From: Candidatus Poribacteria bacterium
GTDB taxonomy: Bacteria > Poribacteria > WGA-4E > WGA-3G
Assembly: GCA_022821495.1 (NCBI GenBank)
Contig: JAJEDN010000043.1
Location: forward strand, 2,524 to 66,523
DNA length: 64,000 nt
Reading direction: 5' to 3'
The translations under genes and the position numbers were made by a program. This document shows, piece by piece, positions 44,513 through 54,400 of this stretch; position 1 is the stretch's first letter, and each line of letters begins with the position of its first letter. The notes beneath the pieces are model-generated. The model was not told the origin of the DNA. It ran no database searches and saw nothing but the letters and a program-made list of their open reading frames with translations.

Positions 44513-45556
44513 ATGCAGGCATTAAAAGAACTCCGCGTATCCAACGATGCGATGAATGATCCGGAAGAATTGCGTCACCGGATCTCAGAAGAGGGGTATC
44601 TCTTCTTCAAGAAGCTGCAAGATCCCGACAAACTCTGGGCATTGCGGCGAGAGATGCTAACAACAATGCAGGAAGGCGGTTGGCTCGTCGCGGGTACCGA
44701 CCCAATCGACGGCATCGCCGATATTTCAACGCAGTGTACCGAAGGCGATTCTGAATACACGGATGTATACCACGAAGTCTATAAATTACAAGCGTTCCAC
44801 CGTTCCGGACACTGGTCCGAAGTCGTTGACATGGTGGAGAAGATTATCGGTAGAGAGGTACTGCCACATCCACAGAAGATTGCGCGCCTCTGGTTCCCTA
44901 AGTACACCGCACATACTACACCGATACACCAAGATTTCGTTCATTTCCAAGGGAATTTTCAGACCTATACCTGTTGGGCACCTGTCGGAGATTGCCCAAT
45001 AGAATTGGGCGGCTTAGCAGTCCTGCCCGGTTCGCATAAAGTCAATACGGTCATGGAGCACCATTTCTCGCTCGGTGCGGGCAGTCTCTGCGTGAATGAG
45101 GATGAGTTGTCCGGTGAATGGCATTCCACGAACTATGAAGTTGGCGATACGCTCATTTTCCCGGCTTTGACGATTCACAAAGCACTGCCGAATTTGACCG
45201 AGGATCGGCTGCGTGTCTCGCTCGACAACCGCTATCAGGCTGTTGATGACCCGATCGCTGAGCACATGCTGGAACCGCACCTGAATATCTTCAACTCTCT
45301 TCAGTGGGAAGATGTCTACCGCAATTGGGAATCTGACGAGCTGAAGTATTACTGGAAAAACCACGACCTAACGGTGTTGCCAAGAGATTTCAGTTACGGG
45401 AACAAAGGATTTGAGGAGGCGTTGGCGTTAGCGAAAGACGGAGATGAACGCGCCATCATACACTTGAACCGGGCGATCAAACGAGACGCGACCACCGAAT
45501 TGGCACAGCGAGCCGCAGCAGTTTTGCAAGAAATCGGTGCCGGGGCTACGCAATAA
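44513..45556 (+). CDS. phytanoyl-CoA dioxygenase (PhyH) family Fe(II)/2-oxoglutarate oxygenase
   Basis: AAGGAGA RBS. TPIHQDFVHF (H-x-D), LAVLPGSHK, and a distal TIHKALPN. Confidence 0.8.
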   Translation: MQALKELRVSNDAMNDPEELRHRISEEGYLFFKKLQDPDKLWALRREMLTTMQEGGWLVAGTDPIDGIADISTQCTEGDSEYTDVYHEVYKLQAFHRSGHWSEVVDMVEKIIGREVLPHPQKIARLWFPKYTAHTTPIHQDFVHFQGNFQTYTCWAPVGDCPIELGGLAVLPGSHKVNTVMEHHFSLGAGSLCVNEDELSGEWHSTNYEVGDTLIFPALTIHKALPNLTEDRLRVSLDNRYQAVDDPIAEHMLEPHLNIFNSLQWEDVYRNWESDELKYYWKNHDLTVLPRDFSYGNKGFEEALALAKDGDERAIIHLNRAIKRDATTELAQRAAAVLQEIGAGATQ

Positions 45557-46239
45557 TGGATTTCCACTACAAAGATATCGTGCCGTGGGGTCGGTCGTTC
45601 GACGAATACTTGGATATGTTCAACCTCTCTGAGGACGACTTGGCACGGGACATTGTCGGTGTAGGCGACGGTCCCGCGTCGTTCAATACTCGGATGCACC
45701 AGCGCGGCACGCCGATCGTCTCCGTAGACCCGATTTATCGATATTCAGAATCAGAATTGCGTCAGCGAATTCAGGACACTTATGCGGATGTCATCGCGCA
45801 AGCCCGTCAAAATAAGGATAAATTCGTCTGGAAAAGATTCTCGTCTGTTGATGAATTAGCAGCAGTCAGGATGCAGGCAATGGACGAATTCTGCCGAGAT
45901 TTCGAGAAGGGCAAGCAACAAGGACGTTACATAGACGCATCGCTCCCAGATTTACCCTTCCCCGATCAGCACTTTGACCTCGTGCTCTCTGCACATTTCC
46001 TCTTCTTTTACTCAGCAAACAGAGACTTCGCGTTTCATCTCAACGCTGTCCGAGAACTCCTCCGTATCGGATCTGAGGTGCGGATTTTTCCCATCGTTGA
46101 TGTCAACAGCAACCCCTCCGCCTTCTTATCACCTGCTATAGATGTACTTAAAAAAGACGGAATTACTTGCTCGGTTGAACGCGTCCCGTATCATTTCCAA
46201 AAAACAGGGAATGAAATGTTAGTAGCAATGAATGCCTAA
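45556..46239 (+). CDS. probable SAM-dependent methyltransferase
   Basis: IVGVGDGPASFN (motif I-like) and FDLVLSAHFLFFY. The start overlaps the upstream stop (TAATG). Confidence 0.5.
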   Translation: MDFHYKDIVPWGRSFDEYLDMFNLSEDDLARDIVGVGDGPASFNTRMHQRGTPIVSVDPIYRYSESELRQRIQDTYADVIAQARQNKDKFVWKRFSSVDELAAVRMQAMDEFCRDFEKGKQQGRYIDASLPDLPFPDQHFDLVLSAHFLFFYSANRDFAFHLNAVRELLRIGSEVRIFPIVDVNSNPSAFLSPAIDVLKKDGITCSVERVPYHFQKTGNEMLVAMNA

Positions 46240-46272
46240 TAACAATAGGAAACTATCTATAAAGGGCAACCG

Positions 46273-47067
46273 ATGAAAATTAAAGCAGTGCTATTTACGA
46301 TGACGTTTGGAATAGTAGTTGTACTCGTTGGCTGTGGTCCTAAAATAGATCCCCCAGATAATTCAAGTGGGACTGCTACTGTTAAGGTCGGCAGAACGGA
46401 GAACGGTTTGCTGTATGAATTTGGTGTGGTGGCAGTGCGGTACGACGAAACAACGCAACAAGAAACTGATCTTACGGATGGGGTTCCCTCGGCTGCCGTG
46501 AACGATTTTTTTCTTACAAGAGGGTATACACCAAAAGTTAAAGGGCTTATTATAGATTATGAAGTCATCTCTTTCAGCAGCGACGTTGATCCTTACCCGA
46601 TGTTGGAACAGATAAGAAATATCCCAGGGGTCGTGGAGATAGATTTACACGTCTTTCATAAAACTTCTGAATTGTTGTTCGCATCTTCTTTAGATTACAG
46701 TGAAGAGGAACAGCACAGCGATGTACTATCGGTCGGTCAGGCAATAGTTGAAGTCGGCAGGATGAAAGACGGCGCGTTATATGAACTCGGCGTGGTCCTG
46801 ATACAGTATGATGAGATGCGTGCAACAGAGGCTACCACTACAAAGGCTGTGAATAATTTTCTTGTGCGTAAAGGGTATGCACCGAAAACTATAAACTCAT
46901 TTTCCGGTTTTGTGGTTATAGATGTCGGAAAGAGTATTGATACCGCACCAATGCTAAGAGGTATTGAAGCGATCCCTGGCGTTATCAGTGCGAGACTCAA
47001 CCTGTTACACACCACCCTTGCAGTCATACGCGGCGAGATAGATGTTCCCGGCATGTCATTGTTTTGA
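46273..47067 (+). CDS. hypothetical lipoprotein with two internal ~115-aa repeats
   Basis: Lipobox is LVGC. TATVKVGRTENGLLYEFGVVAVRYDE...IPGVVEIDLHVFHKT versus GQAIVEVGRMKDGALYELGVVLIQYDE...IPGVISARLNLLHTT. Confidence 0.5.
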   Translation: MKIKAVLFTMTFGIVVVLVGCGPKIDPPDNSSGTATVKVGRTENGLLYEFGVVAVRYDETTQQETDLTDGVPSAAVNDFFLTRGYTPKVKGLIIDYEVISFSSDVDPYPMLEQIRNIPGVVEIDLHVFHKTSELLFASSLDYSEEEQHSDVLSVGQAIVEVGRMKDGALYELGVVLIQYDEMRATEATTTKAVNNFLVRKGYAPKTINSFSGFVVIDVGKSIDTAPMLRGIEAIPGVISARLNLLHTTLAVIRGEIDVPGMSLF

Positions 47068-47091
47068 TGCTTATGGTATCGGAATCACAGA

Positions 47092-48012
47092 TTACCATTT
47101 GTGTGTTGGTGTTTGGGAGAGGTTTTTGACGAATTCGTATGTCCAATCTACAGTCCGATAACCGCAGTTGCTGTAAAAGAGAAATGCGCGGTGGTTATCC
47201 CAGGCGGTACTAATCGCTGCATGCCGGTAGCCGACTTTGTGCATCTCTTGAAGTTCATATTGGAGTAGGTAGCGTCCTAAACCTTGCCCCTGAAATTCAT
47301 CTTCAATTCCGAGCCAAGTTGTGTGAAGCCAATTTTGTGCATCAGGATGACTTGAAAACTCACCACCAGAGACAGACCAACACTCGCCAACCTCTTTATC
47401 ATCTTGAAACGCCTTTACGGTGCAGTTCGGGAATTGTCCGCGTCCCTGTTTCCAATCTACAGATAGCGTCACAGGTAAACTTGCAGGTATTGGTGTAACG
47501 GTGTAGTTTTCCCAATCCAAAAAGACTTCGCCTGCAGAACGATGGTACCCATTATATCCGAGCAGTGCTTGCACTTGATCGAGCGCGTCCGATAGATAGG
47601 CGTGTCCAAAATGATAGAAACGGTATCGATAGTCTTGTGAAAAGGCAAAGATTTTGGAGATATTATGTGTTTTCAAATAGGCTTCCGCCTTTTCAAGCAC
47701 AGCTTGTCCAATGCGCCGTGCCCCACGTTCATAACCGAAGAACCGAATAACGCCAACGTCCTCTACCTTTTCCTCTTGACCGATACCGACATGAATAAAT
47801 GCCTGTACTGTCCCTTCTGTTATCGCGACGAAGGCAGTTTCGGAATCGATTCCCCCCTCCTTTTCATCGGCTTTACCGGTAGTAACACCATGTATCGCAA
47901 CGGCAAATTCTTCCTCCGACACTGGGTAGCAGTGCGGAACGTCGGCGGTTAGATGGTTATAGAATCGTGTCACCGGCACTTGCATATCAGACGTATATTC
48001 AATTATTTCCAT
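47092..48012 (-). CDS. GNAT family N-acetyltransferase (two-domain)
   Basis: AGGAGG RBS. QGQGLGRYLL...AFLFYSNCGY and RGARRIGQAVLEKA acetyl-CoA-binding motifs. Confidence 0.7.
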   Translation of the reverse strand: MEIIEYTSDMQVPVTRFYNHLTADVPHCYPVSEEEFAVAIHGVTTGKADEKEGGIDSETAFVAITEGTVQAFIHVGIGQEEKVEDVGVIRFFGYERGARRIGQAVLEKAEAYLKTHNISKIFAFSQDYRYRFYHFGHAYLSDALDQVQALLGYNGYHRSAGEVFLDWENYTVTPIPASLPVTLSVDWKQGRGQFPNCTVKAFQDDKEVGECWSVSGGEFSSHPDAQNWLHTTWLGIEDEFQGQGLGRYLLQYELQEMHKVGYRHAAISTAWDNHRAFLFYSNCGYRTVDWTYEFVKNLSQTPTHKW

Positions 48013-48096
48013 CTGTTCCTCCTAATTTTTCTTTGTAGTAGCGCAATTCTGCGGCGGCCTTGAAGAAACACTTTCTTCGCTGCGGAAGCAAAAAGT

Positions 48097-48125
48097 ATGA
48101 AAATGCTTTGCATTTTCATTTTTTG
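48097..48125. terminator. 10-bp stem hairpin ATGAAAATGC-TTT-GCATTTTCAT flanked by T/A runs (bidirectional terminator-like)
   Basis: Followed by TTTTTT on the plus strand and by ACTTTTT on the minus strand. It lies downstream of the minus-strand metalloprotease gene. Confidence 0.45.
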
Positions 48126-48388
48126 TCCTGCTGGACGGATTTTAGCGTTTGCCAAAACCCCAAATGCGATCTGTATTACTGCGCTTCTGTCCTTTGTAAC
48201 GGGCGATGAATCGCCCTACTACAAACTTAAAGACTTATCTTCAATGCCTTGCGTCCATTCTATTTATGATCCACTCTCGATTACTTACACAACAGAAAAT
48301 TGGCGGGGTTGCTGGGGAAACACCCAAGCAAACACCCGCCAGCAGATGTATGGATTTTAGGGAAGTCCTAACGAAAATATAAGATTAT

Positions 48389-51013
48389 TCAACGTTTCTG
48401 AACTTGGAAACTGGCATCTAACGCCTTCGCAACCCGGACTTGCGATTCTTCGAGGTGTGCCAAACTATAATCGTCGAGTCTCCCTTGCGCATTCTGAAGC
48501 ACGCGCTGTATTTCAACATTGATCTGTCCGAGATGATGACGTGCCAGCGATCTTGCGTCCTCAGGCGTGCCACCGTCTGCCTCTAACACCAGTTTGATAA
48601 GCTGCTTCAGGTGTTCACGTTGCAAGGCACGACGGAAACTGGAGATGAAAGCATCCGTGTTCGACCACTGCTTTTCTCCGACATTCCGATCCAGTTCTGT
48701 CCAAACCGCATCTGTAATGCCTGAAAAAAGTTCTGGCAATGTGAACGCATCTTCACCCTTCGGAAACTTCAACTCTGTGTCCTGAACACGTGAGAGGACG
48801 TTCGGGTAGAGCAAGCGTCCCAAGATGCGGGTCTGGTTATTTAGAATCACATTATGTACCGGGTAATCCAAACGTGTAGAACTCCCGCTACTTGAACCCC
48901 AGTCGCTCCAGCGTGTAACAGCAAGGCTGTTAAGCAGGTCTGATGGGAAATCAAAGGCTTTATCCGAAAGTGCATGTTCTTTGAGGAATTCAAGGGCTTC
49001 ACGCTGTTTCGCTGCAGGAACAGGCACGAATGGTAAACGCCCGTTTTCATCACCACGATGATCGCGGTGGTGGTACTGTCCACCGATATAACGGCTCGCG
49101 AGATACATTGAGTAACCGTATTCACCGAGCAGCGACCCAAAGGCACGCCTGACCCGCTGATACCCCATCCCCTCCTTTGTAACCTTGTCAGCAACCTTGT
49201 CCCAGAGTTCGACGACAATCTCGCGTCGCTGTTTGGCAAAATCGAGCGGATCCGAACCGAGATCCCACCGATTGACCAACGGATCTAAATCCCTGTACTG
49301 ATATGCGGATGCATCACCATCTGTGCCGTACGTCAGTCCTGGCGTTGCGACACGGGACGCGATTGCCCCTAACGCCTTTAATTCACCTTCAGGGTTGCCC
49401 GCATCAATCGATTTATAGGCATACTCAACCACCCAATAGTCCCAGGGTCCAATGGTCGTTGTATAGTAATCTCCCTGTTTTTTGCCTTCAGGTGCGATGT
49501 TTACAGCGTCGTATTCCATCACAGAACCGAGGAGTGCTTCGTCGCTTTTCTTATTCAGATCATCCAGCGAATGTATTGTACTCGCTTTAAAGTTATGCCG
49601 CAGTCCTAACGTATGTCCGACTTCGTGCATCGTCAGTGATTTAAGTGCCTGACCGATAAATTCTTCCGGTAATTCACCGTCTTCGCCGACCACGCCACGT
49701 GCTTGTAGGACGCTCGCCATGAACCCCATCTGGCGTGCCAACCCGGATGCCATCTGACAATGGAACCGTGAATCGTGATCCATCGGGTGATCGCGTTCAT
49801 GATCGAGTTCATCAAAGTAGGTTGTATATTCTCGCTGCCACGATCTGATGAAACTGTCACTGATAAGAATATCCGCGTCCAATATCTGACCTGTTAACGG
49901 ATTCACGCGGGACGGACCAATAGCGAAGCCTGCGTCAACGACCCATCGGATCGTATTATACCGTGCGTCCTCTGGGTCCCAATCCTCGTAATCTTGTTGA
50001 ATCCGCGCCTCAATCGCGTCGACAAAACCTGCCTTTTCAAACGCCTTGTTCCATTCCAGGATCCCTTGGCGAATGTAAGGACGGAAACGATGTGGCACTG
50101 TTTTTTCGATGTAGAAGATAATCGGGTCCATCGGCGGTGAAAGCTTCGCCTTCTTGTCCGCTTTTTCCAAATGCCACCGGTTGACGTAGCGGACATACGG
50201 CGCATCGCTGGTTTGGAGCGAATAATCTTTGACCGTTGTCATGAAATGCCCCATACGGTCGTCAGCCAACCGAGGACGATAGTTGTTAGATGGAAGTTTT
50301 GCGAGACTGTAGTGCAGCGTCAACTGGATGCCACGGCTGTCAGGAACTGTTTCTCTGCTACCACTCGCTGTATACACTGCTTGAACCCGCAGCTCAACGT
50401 TCTTCGGGAAACCTTTGATTGCTCCCCAAGTACTACGCGTTTTGTCAAATCGAGCACCGCCGCCGATCCTACCTGCCATCGGTGGTAGATCAGACATAAA
50501 GACAGGTGAAACATTCACCAAGAGGCTCCGCCGTTGCGGATGTATACTCTCAATCTTAAGAGAAAATAGGACAGAGTCGCTATAACTGTAATCAACCGCC
50601 TGCGCGGTCGGTGTCCCTTTATCAGCACGGAAACGCACATTTTTTCGCACGAGATGCACACGATCACCAACGCGCTGCCAGACAAGCAGCCACTCATCCA
50701 ACGTCATGCCTGAAATGAGGAACCCTCTTCCGAGACCGCGTGAAAGACTCATCATGCATAGGAAGGGCTGGTCTAATTGTGAGGGTTGAATTTCGCAATA
50801 GAGGTTTTCTTTTTTCTCGTATAGCCTAAAGAAACCTTGATAACTTTTACTGTCTTCAGTGACTTTAGAAAAATCTTCAAACTCTTTTTTCTTTTTCGCT
50901 GGTGCTTCTTGTGCCTCGGGTTTTGCGGGCTGTGCTGCTTCCTGCGCAGCTACCGAGAAGCAATAACCGCTTATTAAAATTAAACAGATCCAAAAAGTCA
51001 ATAAGTATCGCAC
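48389..51013 (-). CDS. secreted zinc-dependent metalloprotease (DUF4953/DUF5117-type)
   Basis: GTG start follows GGGAGG, then a signal peptide. The zincin motif is LTMHEVGHTLGLRHNF. Total length is 874 aa. Confidence 0.8.
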   Translation of the reverse strand: MRYLLTFWICLILISGYCFSVAAQEAAQPAKPEAQEAPAKKKKEFEDFSKVTEDSKSYQGFFRLYEKKENLYCEIQPSQLDQPFLCMMSLSRGLGRGFLISGMTLDEWLLVWQRVGDRVHLVRKNVRFRADKGTPTAQAVDYSYSDSVLFSLKIESIHPQRRSLLVNVSPVFMSDLPPMAGRIGGGARFDKTRSTWGAIKGFPKNVELRVQAVYTASGSRETVPDSRGIQLTLHYSLAKLPSNNYRPRLADDRMGHFMTTVKDYSLQTSDAPYVRYVNRWHLEKADKKAKLSPPMDPIIFYIEKTVPHRFRPYIRQGILEWNKAFEKAGFVDAIEARIQQDYEDWDPEDARYNTIRWVVDAGFAIGPSRVNPLTGQILDADILISDSFIRSWQREYTTYFDELDHERDHPMDHDSRFHCQMASGLARQMGFMASVLQARGVVGEDGELPEEFIGQALKSLTMHEVGHTLGLRHNFKASTIHSLDDLNKKSDEALLGSVMEYDAVNIAPEGKKQGDYYTTTIGPWDYWVVEYAYKSIDAGNPEGELKALGAIASRVATPGLTYGTDGDASAYQYRDLDPLVNRWDLGSDPLDFAKQRREIVVELWDKVADKVTKEGMGYQRVRRAFGSLLGEYGYSMYLASRYIGGQYHHRDHRGDENGRLPFVPVPAAKQREALEFLKEHALSDKAFDFPSDLLNSLAVTRWSDWGSSSGSSTRLDYPVHNVILNNQTRILGRLLYPNVLSRVQDTELKFPKGEDAFTLPELFSGITDAVWTELDRNVGEKQWSNTDAFISSFRRALQREHLKQLIKLVLEADGGTPEDARSLARHHLGQINVEIQRVLQNAQGRLDDYSLAHLEESQVRVAKALDASFQVQKR

Positions 51014-51268
51014 TGTATTTCCTCCCTTAGTGTAGTTTCCAAAACTTGCTGTTAAAAGTAGGCGATCAATGTGACATCCCTCGCCGCGAACCGCTGTGTT
51101 TTGAGTTATATATATTGTTCTAACCTAAACAAGTATATCATTTTTCTCTCTTCCCTGCTACATGAGTTTCTCACCTATCGGTCCCGTTTGCAGGATTCTC
51201 ACTGCGAAGTACTCCGGATTACGGCACTCACTGACATCTGATAACTGGCAACTGAATGCTTCTGCAGC

Positions 51269-52024
51269 TTAATGATAGTGAATCCGACGACTGCCATCAA
51301 ACGAAATGCGAGGCCAATCGCGCTCCCAATTTTCGGAGTGATACGGGATATAGTGGCACGCCAACGCATGCCTACGGGTGCCGGGTTTCAAAATTTTCGC
51401 GCCGCCGTGAATCAACTTCCCATCAAAGAGGATGACATCTCCTTGATTCACCATAACTTGAATTATATCCGTGCCATTTTCGCGAACGAGTTGTTTAACA
51501 GCTGGAAAATATCGATTGTGCTGTTGCAGCTCGTATGTCTCTCCCGGTAGCAGGGTCATAGGCACATCACTTTTCGTAATTAACCGCCGCCTGCTTGAAC
51601 CGGGTTGCACGACGAGCGGTCCGTTGTTCTCATCTACCTTGACCATCGCAATCCATGCCGACATACAGTCAGGTAAGTAGTATTGATCTTGGTGAAATGG
51701 ATGCTCCGACCCTTCATAAAAATGCATCGTCTGGACACCCTCCGGTTCGTCTCCAAAACAGTCCGCAAGGGGTTTATGTAAGCGAGAATCGATAAGTAAA
51801 TCCAATACGCGCGGGTCGTAGAGGTGCTGATTAAAGGTCCGAGATCCGTACTTATCCTGCTGAAAAAACCCGTCAAGCTGCTTACGTCCTGCATGGAGGT
51901 CTTCAAGGTGTTCAACGAAGCTGCGGCATTCATCCGCTGCAAAGACGCTTTCAAGGATGAGATACCCGTTCTCTTGATAGAATTTCTTTTCTGAAGGTGT
52001 TAATCCTGTCTGTTCAGATGTCAT
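51269..52024 (-). CDS. phytanoyl-CoA dioxygenase (PhyH) family oxygenase
   Basis: HPFHQDQYYLP (H-x-D), VVQPGS, and LIHGG. Confidence 0.8.
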   Translation of the reverse strand: MTSEQTGLTPSEKKFYQENGYLILESVFAADECRSFVEHLEDLHAGRKQLDGFFQQDKYGSRTFNQHLYDPRVLDLLIDSRLHKPLADCFGDEPEGVQTMHFYEGSEHPFHQDQYYLPDCMSAWIAMVKVDENNGPLVVQPGSSRRRLITKSDVPMTLLPGETYELQQHNRYFPAVKQLVRENGTDIIQVMVNQGDVILFDGKLIHGGAKILKPGTRRHALACHYIPYHSENWERDWPRISFDGSRRIHYH

Positions 52025-52255
52025 CTTTTCCCTTCTAAACTTCCTTTTTCAATTAGGTAGCAGCTTGGGTTTTGTTAGCATAATACCATATTGCGTGGAA
52101 TTTGTCAAAAAAGCCAGCGTGGATTGTATTAATTTTGCGTTGATGATTTTGATTGTATATGCTATGGTATTAACACATTTTTCAAGGAGGTAAGTCCATT
52201 CTCTTCGCGGCGAAATCCTGTTTTATCAGGTATCCGGGGTTTGGGCAAAATATAT

Positions 52256-53272
52256 ATGAAAGTAGCAGCAATGTTTGGTGATCAAAAAGGGGGCGTCGTT
52301 GAGAAACCGGATCCGCAGGCGGGTGGAGATGTCGTTGTCGTCAAAATTCACGCTGTCCCGATGTGTACAGAGTATAAAGGGTTCATACATGGAGGCACCG
52401 GTGATAGTTTCGGTCACGAAGCCGCTGGCGAAGTCGTTGAAGTTGCACAACCGGGACGCGTCAAGGTAGGGGACCGCGTAGTGGTGCAACCACAGAACGC
52501 TTGTGGTAAATGCCAGATGTGTGCCATCGGTGAGCATATTCACTGTACCAGCGGACGGAACATTCGTGAACTCATCGAAACGGATCCCGCTTCATCAACT
52601 TATGCGCAGTATATGCACAAAATGGAAGATCTGTTATCGCCGATTCCAGAAGGTGTCAGTTATGAACACGCGGGGATGGCATGCTGTGGATTGGGACCGA
52701 CGTTCGGCGCAATGGAGCAGATGCAAGTCAATTCATTGGATACAGTCATGGTTACCGGGTTAGGTCCCGTCGGGTTAGGTGGCATTATCAACGCACACTA
52801 TCGTGGTGCGCGTGTCATCGGTGTAGAGAGCCATCCATATCGTGCTGAACTTGCCAAGAAGTTAGGCGCAGATCTTGTCTTGAACCCAAACGATGAGGAT
52901 ATCCTTGATCAGATCAGAGATTTTACGGACGGAATCGGTGTTGACAAAGCGGTGGACTGCTCTGGCGCATCTGCGGCGCATCGGTTAATGGTTGATGCCG
53001 CCCGGAGAAAAGGGCAGGTTACCTTCGTTGGCGAAGGTGGAGAATTTCCGCTTGCTGCGAGTCGAGACATGATTCGGAAAGGCTTAGTCTTACGCGGAAA
53101 TTGGCACTACAACCTCGGTGTTTATCCAAAATTAATGCAAATGATCCAAGATTCATCCGAACAGATAGACACGTTTATCACGCATACTTTCCCGATGCGT
53201 GATGTCCAGAAAGCATGGGAACTTCAGGCGACCGGAGAATGCGGTAAAGTCGTGCTGCATCCGTGGGAGTAA
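52256..53272 (+). CDS. zinc-binding medium-chain alcohol/polyol dehydrogenase
   Basis: MCTEYKG, GHEAAGEVVEV, the structural-Zn cysteines CGKCQMC...C, and the GLGPVGLG Rossmann. Confidence 0.8.
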   Translation: MKVAAMFGDQKGGVVEKPDPQAGGDVVVVKIHAVPMCTEYKGFIHGGTGDSFGHEAAGEVVEVAQPGRVKVGDRVVVQPQNACGKCQMCAIGEHIHCTSGRNIRELIETDPASSTYAQYMHKMEDLLSPIPEGVSYEHAGMACCGLGPTFGAMEQMQVNSLDTVMVTGLGPVGLGGIINAHYRGARVIGVESHPYRAELAKKLGADLVLNPNDEDILDQIRDFTDGIGVDKAVDCSGASAAHRLMVDAARRKGQVTFVGEGGEFPLAASRDMIRKGLVLRGNWHYNLGVYPKLMQMIQDSSEQIDTFITHTFPMRDVQKAWELQATGECGKVVLHPWE

Positions 53273-53452
53273 TCTTCTCTTAGACGGTTTCGTTTTGAAG
53301 ACGGCAAAGTTCCAGGACAAAGGAATCTTCGCCTAATTCTCCTATATCCTAAGAGATCGCTTCCCCTTGGGAAACATCGCATTTCAATTTGATGCCATCC
53401 GATAAACCGAGGGGAAGTAGATTCTCAACCCATGCAATCTCCACTATCTCAA

Positions 53453-53564
53453 TTATAGTAAATCCCATAATTATTTGCACACACGGTCGGATCGTAGGGG
53501 AAACCGGGTTACCCAGCCCCTACGACGGGACGAACTGTAAACTTATTTTCGGATTTTACTATAA
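53453..53564. repeat. 112-bp MITE/REP-like palindromic element
   Basis: Terminal inverted repeats TTATAGTAAATCC (53453..53465) and GGATTTTACTATAA (53551..53564). The central hairpin is TCGTAGGGG-N16-CCCCTACGA (53492..53525). Confidence 0.5.
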
Positions 53565-53592
53565 ACCGTTGATTTAGAGCACTATTCAAATC

Positions 53593-54165
53593 TCACTTTA
53601 GATAAATTCGCTCATATTCTGATCGTGTGATTTCATAATCCAATATCTCTCCATCGTCCACTTCTCGTGTGATCGTTAATCCGAGCGATTGCCACAACGC
53701 TCTTGAACGGATATTGTCCACAGGAACATCCACTGGACAGAACCTGTCAATTTCCAGCTTCTCAAACGCGTGTGCCATCAAGCATCGCACGACCTCTTTT
53801 CCATAACCTTTACCCCACAGGGTTTTGTCCCAAATCCCGATAGGTAAGCGCATTATCTTTTCGCCCTCAATTTTTGCCCGGTCCAAGTTCATCCACTGCA
53901 AACAGACTTCGCCAATTGTGCGTCCACTTGCTTTTTCCACGATTGCAAACAGAAATCCGCTATCCCTCATGAATTTACCGGCCTTTTTGAGATATTCCTT
54001 TGTTATCGGTTTATCAGGTGGGGATTCCTCAATCGCACTTAGAAATTCAGGATCTCTGTAGAACGGAATAGCAATATCAAAGTCGGCATCTTTGAAGGGT
54101 CGAAGCTTCAGACGTTCAGTCTCCAAGTGAATATTGTGGCATGCAAAGTTATTTGTTTGTATCAT
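53593..54165 (-). CDS. GNAT family N-acetyltransferase (RimJ/RimL-like)
   Basis: LETERLKLRPF start and WGKGYGKEVV acetyl-CoA-binding motif. Confidence 0.8.
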   Translation of the reverse strand: MIQTNNFACHNIHLETERLKLRPFKDADFDIAIPFYRDPEFLSAIEESPPDKPITKEYLKKAGKFMRDSGFLFAIVEKASGRTIGEVCLQWMNLDRAKIEGEKIMRLPIGIWDKTLWGKGYGKEVVRCLMAHAFEKLEIDRFCPVDVPVDNIRSRALWQSLGLTITREVDDGEILDYEITRSEYERIYLK

Positions 54166-54400
54166 ATTATGAGTTCCCTTTGAATTTTGGAAGTGTGCTT
54201 TTGACCCCCGCAGTTATAGATAAATTGAGTGCAAGTACCGAGACAGCATGCGCGGTTGAAATGTCTACTACGGGTGTCCTTAACGCGCCTCAAATCCAAT
54301 ATGCCGCCATATCAATCTAAGAAAGGCGTAAAACCCAATCTCATAATACGACATAAGTGGGGTGTTCGGTTTCATTTGGTATTTCTTTAATCTATAAATA

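Noticed and set aside
48097-48360. 87-aa ORF in the GNAT/metalloprotease spacer.
   Set aside because: It starts inside a terminator-like hairpin, has no RBS, and its sequence is dictated by palindromic repeats.
52184-52255. Strong AAGGAGG at 52184..52190, about 50-65 nt upstream of the dehydrogenase start, considered as a possible upstream ORF or an alternative start.
   Set aside because: No ATG/GTG/TTG lies at a suitable distance in the dehydrogenase frame. Only a non-canonical ATT-initiated 27-codon frame follows. The evidence is insufficient.
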